The notes under the pieces are model-generated. The model made no database searches. It was not told where the DNA came from and was given only the letters and a program-made list of their open reading frames with translations. From the NCBI GenBank assembly GCA_001724265.1, contig MEDY01000004.1, positions 124,001 to 188,000 of the forward strand: DNA of 64,000 nucleotides, in the 5' to 3' direction. Numbering within the stretch: the stretch's first letter is position 1; the number at the start of each line of letters is the position of its first letter. This DNA is from Rhizaria sp. SCN 62-66 (taxonomy: Eukaryota). Below are positions 38,401 through 47,600 of this stretch, piece by piece. A program made the translations under genes and the position numbers.

Positions 38401-38989
38401 CGGCCGCGTGCCCTCGACCGCGCGGGCCTTCCCGGCCTTTGCGCGCGCCGTGCGTGAGCGCCAGGCCCACGCCAAGCGCGCGGCGGCGCTGCTCGCGGGC
38501 GAGGAGGTGGACGAGGCCGCCGAGGAGGAGGCGCTGCGCGCGCAGATGGCCGAGGAGGAGGAGCTCATGCAGAACGGCGGCGGCGACGCCGACGAAGACG
38601 CCGACGACGCCGACGCCGGCGGCGAGGATGACATGGCTGCCGTGGACGAGGTGACGACCTTCCTGGCGTCGATGACCCCCGCGGACGTGGACGCCGAGCT
38701 CCGCTCGCTCGCGCTGGGCGAGGGCGCGCCCGAGGAGCTCCCGCGGCTCTTCTCCGTGCTCCGCTTCCTCCGGCTTGCCGTGGCGCGCAAGCGCGACTAC
38801 GAGTTCGTGCAGGCCGTGGCGCACCTGTTCCTGCGCGTGCACGCCGAGGCCATCATGGCCAACCCGGAGCTGGCGGACGAGGCCGCCGCGCTGGGGCTCG
38901 TGCAGCGCCGCGTGTGGCGCCACCTGGAGCAGTTCTTCAACTCATCCATCTGCATGCTCTCATACGTCTGCAATATCCAACAGATCTGA
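35483..38989 (+). CDS. UTP21: U3 snoRNP-associated protein UTP21/WDR36, ~1168 aa
   Basis: SAFFEPYRALGFVT, HPQTYLNKIVVG, AKSPAVDVIAVG, RAGHSAPP, YNMQSGLYRG, FSPKGDFLATAHVGSLGVYLWVNRS, LTLSGLPAAKWQ...RARNKP...APFFL, RDYEFVQA. Ends TGA. Confidence 0.95.
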   Translation: MNKSAFFEPYRALGFVTDSTPFDLRRLGQENMITVATGKSWQLFNCERLRLTLVAPQREQQIAAIASIREATFTAVGSEIVIWKRTHEVTRLRPPQGGAIVRLMAIGTTLLSLSADMHLYVWDFSTFRALLSSAEISDAITDAEAETSAAPAKGDVGHRADAPLFPSRSLSPSSHIHFPRPIEAPGATVTALVHPQTYLNKIVVGWSTGALELWNIRTGAMVHRFRNVDALTDDAAAPAKALGALQDDYGAERARLQGLGALPPAAVTALAKSPAVDVIAVGRASGAIVLFNLRVDQPIHCFTQADGPVSALSFRSDGHAFLASGSPAGNITLWDLKARRLHSTLRGAHQAAVTALAFLPQEPLLISSGGDNAVRQWVFDQNDHSGRQLRVRAGHSAPPAVLQFYDEKVVLSAGNDRALRLFHLVRDQQTAEFSQGALERQARQQARSVADLRAPRATALACSNVRERDWVNVLTAHQGDAAGLTWSYENKRMGDCKLVNTNALRTAPATAVAISACGHYGLTGSADGRVERYNMQSGLYRGRYGRAAHANESQQAQVTAARADAAAARLAATQHQRERAAVRAATGKLATTLFGDVHTGAVTTLYSDAINTRVISGSLDGTVRFWDFSTFGSLGVLGLGSPVALGAYNAESALLAAVTDDLRVHVIDTEAQRTVRRFRLGARATSAAFSPDSRVLVVAQANGEVRVFDLSTGRLVDWFTFLRPVVSLAFSPKGDFLATAHVGSLGVYLWVNRSYFSHQFLGLSVPHKPVAMELATTAAFSNDDAEMAAVTDAEARRAAAKAAASARVKRTASGKRTGGSKRARKADGAPSSSEDDEEGDESGDDEDEDGEEEEGNEEFDAVQFAAQNPVDPVQMRSDVWGEMLTLSGLPAAKWQQLSMLDLVRARNKPVQTAKAPVQAPFFLSVVSGVRESEFDVTALRQKLKEEAEADEASALARVLRGTASEDQALAQLCGRVPSTARAFPAFARAVRERQAHAKRAAALLAGEEVDEAAEEEALRAQMAEEEELMQNGGGDADEDADDADAGGEDDMAAVDEVTTFLASMTPADVDAELRSLALGEGAPEELPRLFSVLRFLRLAVARKRDYEFVQAVAHLFLRVHAEAIMANPELADEAAALGLVQRRVWRHLEQFFNSSICMLSYVCNIQQI

Positions 38990-39221
38990 GCATGACTGCG
39001 CGCGCGTATTTGCACACTGTTTGCTCTTTCTCTTTCAATCTCGTTGCTCTGTGTCTTTCATTCTCTTCGATGGGAGCTGTTTGACTCATCTGGCCGGGGC
39101 CGCCGCTGTTACATAAGATCTCACTAACCGTTCATATTATTAATATCTTCAATTGTCCATAGCGTCAATACAAATAAGCTTTATTACTAAGTAACCCATT
39201 GTTAGATTTTTGAAATCCAAC

Positions 39222-39263
39222 AAATTATACTTACGCTTATTTAAATAAGCGTAAGTACAATTT
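39222..39263. repeat. 42-bp near-perfect palindrome abutting the methyltransferase stop codon
   Basis: aaattatacttacgcttattt|aaataagcgtaagtacaattt; 20 of 21 pairs are Watson-Crick. Confidence 0.9.
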
Positions 39264-41242
39264 CATTTAGAACTGGCGCTGCTATCACCGTTGTGCATCG
39301 GCTTAGCTTCGCGTACAGTCATGCCACCCTTGACCGCACCGACCCCAGCCCCCGTAGCCCACGTGCTCCTCTTGTCCGCTGCGCCACCGTCGACACTGCC
39401 GCTCTGCCCACTGGCGGCACCGGCAGCAACCTGGAGATTGCGCTTGCCCTTCGCGCGCAGCTTCTCGTGCCGTTGCAGCACCTTGTTGGTAAGCACTGGC
39501 GCTGCCACAAGTGCAAAGGCCACGACGCGGGCCACGTGCGGATCGCTGGGCACTGGAACCTCCACCAAAGCACGCACGATGTCGCCCTGTCGCACAGTGC
39601 CACCGAGATAATGGATCTCGTCACCCATATACGCGTCCAGATCTGGAGCAGCGGCACTCAAAGCTGACGCAGCCGTTGTGGACTCAACTGATGCCGTTAC
39701 GCCAATGGTAACGGGCGCCACTGCGGTTGTCGCAGCAGTGGTGGCAACAATTGACGGCGGTGCTGCGTTGGGGAAGAGCGCGGGGTACATGGCCACGTAG
39801 CGGGCTTCGTCAAACACGCCGCGCGCAAGCATCAGCACGATGTCCGCCGCGCCCCCCAGCTCCGCACGCGTGGCCGTGCTGGGAGCCGTACGCTCCGACT
39901 GGAGACCAAAGAAGAACAGTCCACGGCCGCGTCGCGATCGCGTCACTACACGACCCTGAACGCACACAATCTCAGATTTACGATCGCTAGCACTTGCGCT
40001 TGCTAACTCCACTGGATGTGCGGACTGCGTGATGTTGTCAGTGCTTGTGCTCGCGTCAGTATTGCTGTTCTCGTGATCGTTACGGGCAACACGTGTGCAA
40101 TAACGCGCTTTAAACTCGCATGCGTTCAGCGGGGCTTCGAGCCCGCTCCATGCAGCAGCTGCGTCCGCAGTCACCGCTGTCGCAGCATCTATGTTGGAGC
40201 TCGCGGCTGTTGTATCAGCGTTAGGAAGCGCGGCAGTGCGGACTGCAAGCAGCATCTTGCGCAGTGTGTTGTTGCGTTCTTCTGTCGCCTGCAGTGACGT
40301 ATAAACGTGACGGATCAGCGCAACACCCTCAACAACAGGACCAGTCTTTGCAGTCATATCAGCAGTCGAGCCGGCGCCAGCTGGCGGTGCGGGCTTGATG
40401 CAAACATGTGCATAGTCAACGTTAACCTTGTGCGCACTAATCAAACCACCGTTCCCACCGCGTAGAGGCGCAGACTCGTCGTCCTCATCACCATGGGCAG
40501 AGTTATTATCGTCGACATCGGCCTTACTCTGTACCTGTGCTCGACCATCATCTCGAGCAGAGTCAGTAGAGCTGTTCGACGTCGCCGAGCGCAAGGCTGC
40601 AGTAGCGACGCCACTTGAGTTGGCACCAGGCACGCGCAGAGGCGCGTCCCCGCCGCGCCGGACGACCTTGGGCGCGAGCACATGCCATTCCGCTGTGTAC
40701 AGGAAGCGCGGGCGGCGGCGCGGCGTCACCACGACGAAGCGCCCCTCGGGCCGCAGCACACGCTGCACGTGCGCCAGCATCCCGGCCAGCAGCAGCGGCC
40801 CGTCACGGGTGCGCGAACGGAACTGCAGTGTGTCGCTGGTGTGTTTATCGATGACGGCATCGAAAGATGCGTCTGCATAGGCGGACATGTCAGTGACATC
40901 ACTCACTTCCCAACGGATTTCAGGGTGCGACTGAGCGTGGCGGCGCGCCATGTCATCAGTGACCACAGATGAGATGTCAGTGCAGGTGATTCGACGCAAC
41001 CCGCGCTCGTAGAGCACGATGGGCAAACGCGAGCGGCCGGAGCCGACGAGGAGGATGTCGTGCTCAGGCCGCAGCCAGTCCAGCACTCCCGTCGCACACA
41101 CGTCCTCGGCGTCCACCATCCAGTCATAGTACCCATCCGCCATGTACTCCGCCTCGCTAGGCTCGCCCGCGGTCTTTGCAGCCGCATCCTCACTCCCTGT
41201 CTGAAATTGGTCGTCCCAGTACTTCGACTGCTTCTCCGCCAT
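39263..41242 (-). CDS. Class I SAM methyltransferase (EEF1AKMT4/METTL12-like) with C-terminal OB-fold-like region, 659 aa
   Basis: YWDDQF, YDW, ILLVGSGRSRL, ITCTDISSVV, WEVSDVTDM, SFDAVIDKHTSD, VQRVLRPEGRFVVVT. C-terminal VQGRVVTRSRRGRGLFFFGL...VRQGDIV. Ends TGA. Confidence 0.8.
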   Translation of the reverse strand: MAEKQSKYWDDQFQTGSEDAAAKTAGEPSEAEYMADGYYDWMVDAEDVCATGVLDWLRPEHDILLVGSGRSRLPIVLYERGLRRITCTDISSVVTDDMARRHAQSHPEIRWEVSDVTDMSAYADASFDAVIDKHTSDTLQFRSRTRDGPLLLAGMLAHVQRVLRPEGRFVVVTPRRRPRFLYTAEWHVLAPKVVRRGGDAPLRVPGANSSGVATAALRSATSNSSTDSARDDGRAQVQSKADVDDNNSAHGDEDDESAPLRGGNGGLISAHKVNVDYAHVCIKPAPPAGAGSTADMTAKTGPVVEGVALIRHVYTSLQATEERNNTLRKMLLAVRTAALPNADTTAASSNIDAATAVTADAAAAWSGLEAPLNACEFKARYCTRVARNDHENSNTDASTSTDNITQSAHPVELASASASDRKSEIVCVQGRVVTRSRRGRGLFFFGLQSERTAPSTATRAELGGAADIVLMLARGVFDEARYVAMYPALFPNAAPPSIVATTAATTAVAPVTIGVTASVESTTAASALSAAAPDLDAYMGDEIHYLGGTVRQGDIVRALVEVPVPSDPHVARVVAFALVAAPVLTNKVLQRHEKLRAKGKRNLQVAAGAASGQSGSVDGGAADKRSTWATGAGVGAVKGGMTVREAKPMHNGDSSASSK

Positions 41243-41657
41243 GCGTTGTGCGAGCTTCGCATATGCCTCTGGGCTAGGCTAAGTCATCACGCCCCTGCAA
41301 AGAATAAGATTAAATTCAAAAGGAAAATTGCGTTAGCACACGCATACTTATCGTTTTAACGACAACTGTGATACATATATGATGAGATTATTCGAATAGG
41401 CGAAATACGGTGAGGTGCAGACTGAGGACCCAGTCAAGCGACACTAGCATTTGCACAAATGTTGTGTGTGCGCCATCTATAAACCGTCAAACGTGTGCAG
41501 CATTTGAACCAATAATATAAATAGTATCTTCACTTATTTTCCCTTTTTAATACTCACTAAGCACTTATACCTGGCCCTGTTGCGAACTCCTTAGCTTTTC
41601 CGTTTGCTGTTTCCAACCGTTAGCAATTAGCACTGAGGCACCCCTGCTCTTCGTGCC

Positions 41658-44600
41658 ATGTCGCAGCTTCGTGCGGCCCGTCGCACTCGCGACAGCGACT
41701 CTGACCCAATTGAAAAGGAGCTCCGCGCCGCCCAGCGCGAGCGTGAATCTATTTCCGCCCACCTGGCTGAGGTGGAGGCGCGTGTCAAGAAGGAGGAAGA
41801 GCAGCGCCGCGCTTCTGCCTCTCTATTGTCGCGTGACTTTGCCTACCACGAGAGTGTCGCACGCTCACGCTTCCCCATGGCCGTCCCTATTAACGTGCCA
41901 ACCAACAACCTTGAGCTCAGCTCTACTCTTGCCACTGTCGGCGCCGCCGCGCGCCGCAGCCCGGCCGCCTCCCCGCATCGCTCTTCCGCAGCCGCGACCA
42001 ACCGCGCCGCGCCGGTCTCCGCGCGCGCGCCCGTGCCGGCTCCGCGCGTGCCCATGGCCTTTGCGGTTACACAGACGGACCGCTCGTCGCCGCTGCTCGG
42101 CCCCACGCCCGCCAGAGAGCCCGTTGCCTCCGCCGCAACCGTTTCTGTGCTGACTGAGACGGAGCCCTCGCAGCCACAGTCGCCTCTGCGGCCCTCCGCC
42201 CCGGCTACGGCCGCGCCCGCCGTGGCGTCCCCCCGCAACGCCGCGGCCGCGCAGCGCCCCGGCACCGCACGCCGCCGCGCGGGCACGGCTGCAGCGGCAT
42301 CGAAGCCGCGCGCCAAGAGCCGCCAGGCCGCGCGCCGCGCCACAGCCGTAGCGCCCGCTGCGGCGCCCGCTGCGGTGACGCCGGCTGGCGGGCAGGCGCA
42401 GGCGCAGTGTCAGACAATGTACCAGATGCAGGACGACGCCACTGAGGCCGCTGAGACCGACGCGGAGGCCGACGCCGAGGCGGACACCGAGGCAGACGAG
42501 CACAAACAGGCTCAATTCCCGCAACAGTGCGAGCTCGCGCTCTGTGACGAGGACCCCGACGCTACAATGGCCGCCGACTGCGCCGCCGCCGCTGCCGAAG
42601 AGCTTTGCGCTGACGCGGACGCCGACGCAGAGCCCACAGAGCCCGCCGAGCCTGCCGAGCGGTTCGACTGGGACGGCCCCGCGTTCGCGGCCGCGGCGGA
42701 GGCCGAGGCGGCCGAGCGCGAGGAGGCGGCGCGCCGCGCGGCGGACCCGGCGGCGTGCGCAGGACTTGTGATCACGCAGGTGCGCCACACCGCCAGCATT
42801 GCTGACTGCGACGCTGACTGCGACAGCGAAGGCGACGCGGATAGCGACGGCGGCGGCTTTGATGCGGGGCAGAGGTAGCACGCTGCGCTGGTGCTGAGTA
42901 TGCAGGGAGGCGAGACAGAGGCGCGGTCCCAGGGCCAGGAAGCGTACGCGCTGTCATCCTGCCACGTCGTCTCGCTCACCCCACTCGACTCACACGAAGA
43001 CATCGTTGACAACAGCGTGAAGTACACTAATGTGGAAGTCGCACCTGCAGTCGACCCGGCCGCAGTGGCCGCCGCTGCCGAGGCCGCCGCAGCCGCTGTG
43101 GCGCCCGCCGTGGCTGCCGCAGTAGAGGCCGTAAGCGCGCTTGAGGCGGCGCAGCAGCAGGCGCGCGAGGAAGAGGCTGCTCGCGCGCGCCGCGAGGAGG
43201 CCAAGGTCAAGGCCGAGTCGCGCGCACTACGGGCGCAGCTCGCGCAGCAGTTTGCAGCGCAGAAGGCCGCGTTTGCACAGCAGCAGCGCGAGCAGTTGGA
43301 CGAGCTTGTCGCTGCCTCAGCTGCAGCTGCCGCGCATCAGCAACAGCAGGCGCAGCAACAGGCGCAACAACAAGCGCAGCAGCAGGCTTTGGAGAGCGCT
43401 GAGGAGCGCGAGGAGCGCCGCGCGCGTCTGCGGGCGTTCGAAGAAGAGCGTGCGCGGCTTGAGCGTGAGCGCGATGCCATGCTGCGCCGCGAGTCAGAGG
43501 CGCGCGTTGCCGCAGCCGACGCGGCGGCCGCTACGGCTGAGGCTGAGCGCCGCGCCGCCGTTGCCGAGCAAAATGCCGTCGCCGCCGCCACGCGCGCTGC
43601 GGAAGCCGCTGAGGCTGTTGCCGCCGAACGCGCCACGGCCGCGCAGGCTGAGCGCGCGCGTGCCGCTGCTGAGAGCCGCGCTGCTGAGACAGCGGCGCAG
43701 GCGGCGGCTGAGCGCGCGGCCGCGGCTGCGGAGCGGGCCGCGCTCGAACGGACCATGTCTGCGGCGGCCAACGAGCGCGTGGCCGCCGAGCTCGCCGCAG
43801 CCGAAGCCGCGGCCTCGCGCAGGCTGGCCGCCGCGCGCACCGCGGCGGCCGAGCGTGTGGCCGCTGAGCGCATCGCGGCAGAGCACCGCGTAGCCGACAG
43901 GGTTGCAGAGGAGCGCCGCGCTGCCGACGCGCGCGCCGCTGCTGCCGCGGCTGCTGCTGAGGAGGCGAACGCCAAGGAGCGCGCTCAGGCTGAGGCGGCA
44001 CGCGTGGCCGCTGCGGTCGCCGCAGAGCAAGCGCACGAAGCGCGTGCACGCGAAGCTGAGGCGGCGGAGGAGGTTCGTGCTGAGCGCGCGCGCGCCGCCG
44101 ATGCTGAGTTTGCAGCGGCACGCGCGCGCGAAGTGGCCCTGCAGCAAGTGCTTGCGATCGAGCAGGCCCGCGAGGTCGAGCGCGAGCAAGAGCGCGCTGA
44201 GCGCGAGCAAGAGCGCGCTGAGCGCGAGGCTGTCCGCGAGGCCGACGCGGTGGAGCGTGCAGCGCAGCGCGCGGCGGAGCGCGAAGAGGCCGATGCGCGC
44301 GAGCAGCAGCGTGATGAGCAGCGCGCACACGAGCGCGCTGCACGGGAGGCTGAGCGTGTCGCGCGGGACGCAGAGCGCGACGAGCGCGAGCGCGCCGACC
44401 GCGAGCAGCTCGAGGCTGAGCGCGCTGCTGCAGCCGCTGAGCGTGAGACCGCGGCTACTGAGCGCGCCGCTGCGGCTGCGGACCGTGCCGCGGCGGTTGA
44501 GGCTGAGCGCGCGCGGCTTGCTGCGGTCCGTGGGCTGGCGCAGGAGCTGGGCGCGTTGCGTGAGCAGTTCAGCGCACACTCTGCAGAGGCGCTTGCGCGC

Positions 44601-47600
44601 GATGCGGAGAACCAGCGTGCCGCTGCCGTGGCCGCTGCAGTAGCTGCGGCTACTGCCGCTGAGGACGACCGAATCCTCGTTGAGGCTGCTGCCACAGCTG
44701 CAGCGGCGCGCGCCGCAATGGAGGCTGATGTTGCTGCAGCCGCTGCGGCAAGGCAGAGGCGCGAACTTCGAGATGAGGCATTTGCGAGCGCGCGCGCACG
44801 GTTGATGGCGCTCGACGACGAACGACGCCGCTTTCTGGCGCGCACCGACGCTGCGCGCATCGCCGCACAGGTTGCTGCGGAAGCTGCAGAAAATGCCACG
44901 CCTCGCGTACCGCCCGTGGGCCAGCTTTTGCCGTCGGCGCTCGTGGCCGCAGCGGAGGACGCGGCGCGCCGCAGTCGCGAACCTGGGCAGGCGGCTGCGG
45001 TGGCTGCGGAATTTGCCGCCGCACAGTCTGTGTCTGCTTCAGCTGCTCACTCTGTCATGCCCTCCGCCGCGCAGTCTGCGAAGGCTTCGCGCGCGCAGAC
45101 GCCCGTGTCTGCGACCCCCGTTGCCGATGTCTCTGCGGCCGCTACGCCCACAAACGTCAGGTCTGTATCAGCAACTCCGGTCGCTGAAGCAACATCTGTA
45201 TCGACCATTCCAGTGATGCATCGTGCACCACCGGCTGCCGCGTCTGTGGTATCTGTGGCATCTACAGCGGACTCTGGTTCCGCTTCGCAGCCTACCGTTC
45301 AGTGGCAGCGCAGGCCTTCACAGCAGCTGATGCGTCCCGCGACTGCAAGTGCTGCGCCGCTGGCTAGCACCATGCAAACCACTGTTGCACGCGGCTTTAG
45401 CCTTGGCCCCATCGTTGCGACCGCGTCTACCGCTGCGAGCACAAGTACAACTCCCGTCTCAGCGCTGGCTCCCACAGCGCTCGCGCGTCCGGCGACAGCC
45501 GGCGTTGCCCGTTGCGCGACCGCCGCGACCGCCGCGTCCGCTGCGCCGCTGCCGTCGCTGGCGCCGCTGCCGGGACTGCCGCATACGGTGATGTACGTGT
45601 CGCCCTCGCGCTGGGCGACGCCTGTGCACGTCGACCTTGACCGACATACGGTGGCCGACTTGGCTGCGTGTGTGCTTGCGCAGTGCGACGGTCATCGCGC
45701 ACTGTCGCCCGCGCGCTTACTGCTGCGACTACTGCCCGCGTTGCGCGTGCTGGCGCCTTTTGCAAACAACGCGCACGCCATCGCGCACGTGCCTTCGTGG
45801 TACACGAACCTGGCTGCCGACGCCGCCGCGCTCACTTCGCTGCCGCCACACGAGATGCGCGCTGGTGTTGCTTGGGCGTCAACGCTCGCAACCGGTCCCG
45901 CAGGTCCGCGCAAGGGCGCGCCGCCGCGGCCGCATGTTGCTGCGCTCCTACCGCACTTGACCCAGCTACCGTCCGCCTACACGCCATTGCTCGCGTCCGT
46001 CGCAGTGATCGCTTCTGGCGGCGCTGCCCCCAGTCTGCGCCGGCTGGGCGTGAACCATCTTGGAGTGCTGTCCGCCGCTCGCCTTGTGCTTGTTTCACGT
46101 GCGTCCGACACTATTATCCAGCACGCTCTTGCGCCGCCAGCCGCAATTTCCTCTAGCGCCACCGCTGATTGCGACGAGGATGACGTCAACGGACCGGAGT
46201 TCCAACCTGAAAGCCGTTACTTAGCCTCGCATGTCCCACTCCGCACAGCCGTCGCCGACAGCGCCGTGCCTGCCACGGCCGCTGCGTGGGCGCGCCACGA
46301 CTGCGCCGACGTGCCGCTTCATCCCGCGGCTGCGGCGGCCGCGGACTCTGTTGCCACCACGGCAGCCACCATGCGTGCCGCGCTCGCGGATGCGCACGCG
46401 AACGTTGCTGTGGCCCGCGAGCGCGCACATTCTGTCCCGGCCGCCGCGCTTGCCGTGGCACGTCTGGCCCGCGCGCTGGACCGCTGGCACGCCCCGGCTC
46501 CCGTGGCGACGCCCGCGCAGGCGTGCGAAGGCAGCTGGCTGTCGGCGCCGTCGGGAGTGCTCACCACGCTTGCGCCCGCGCACGCCGGCGATCCCGCCGA
46601 GCGCGAGGCCGTTTCTTCCGGCGCCGCGCGCCGCGCCGCGCTGGCCGCGATGGGCGTGCCCGCTGGCGCCGCGTCGGTCCTGGTTGCGCCCGACACGTTT
46701 GGCACTGCGCGCTTTATCTATGGCGCCGCCAAGCGCCTTGAGCAGCGCGCATCTGCGCTTCTTGCTGCCCTTGACGCCGAGACTGCCGTTGATGCGTTAC
46801 CTGTTGCTACAACGAAGCAGCAGCGTAAGAAAATAATTAACGCCAGCCTTGACTTGCCGGAAGGCTCCCGTGCAGTAACCCCTGTTGCTGCGCTGCAAGC
46901 TGATCCTGAGGAGGAGCTGCCGACTGAGGCATTGACGCCCGCACGCGTTGCGGCCCGCGCCGCGCGGTCTGTGCTATCTGGCGTCGCCTCCGCAGCGGCC
47001 GCTGTTAGCACTGCGGCGGGCGACGAGATGTCTGTGCTCTCCTCCACGAGCTTCTCGCTCCGCGCGCGCGCCGCCGCTAATTGGCGCCTACTGGGTGAGG
47101 TTGATGCAGCCATGCACCTTCTCTCCGTATGTGCGCCCGCCGCCGCGGCGGCTGCTGCAGCCGCTGCCGCGACAGCGTCCACGACCCCGTCGCGCGCTCA
47201 GACGCCCGGTATCACAACAAGTGGTGCCTCGTACGCGCCTGCATCCGCACCTGCGACGGGGCTCGTTCTGACATCACTGTCACTGCCGACGTGGCTCGAC
47301 ACTGTCCTGGCGGGCGCATCGCAGCGCGACGCGGCCCTCTACTCCGCCGGCGCGGCTGCAGCGACGCCCGCTGTGGCGGCGCACCTGTCCGTCGCGCACG
47401 CTCTACCCGCCGCGGCCGCGAACGCGCTGGTGTCCGCCGCGGCGCAGGCGTTCGACCCCCTCGCGGGGCTGCTGCGGCACTCGCCCGAGGCCGTGTTCCC
47501 CGCGGACGCGCGTGTGCCGCGCGCGGCGTGGCACGTGATCGCGGCCTACGCGCGCGGCGATGACCCGCTCACGGTCACGGCCACCGTCGCGCTGCCCGCG

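Noticed and set aside
7169-42878. Five pseudogenes with nonsense mutations
   Set aside because: All five lesions are TAG, one per gene, with no TAA/TGA or indels across about 12000 codons, and downstream sequence is conserved between paralogues.
8228-42878. Pyrrolysine or selenocysteine recoding
   Set aside because: Sec uses UGA; Pyl is known only from prokaryotes; the sites are in disordered regions rather than catalytic positions.
43100-44900. Repetitive GAGCGC-rich stretch as a CRISPR array or mobile element
   Set aside because: It is coding coiled-coil sequence (for example EREQERA x2) with no repeat-spacer structure; no transposase or integrase was seen in the window.
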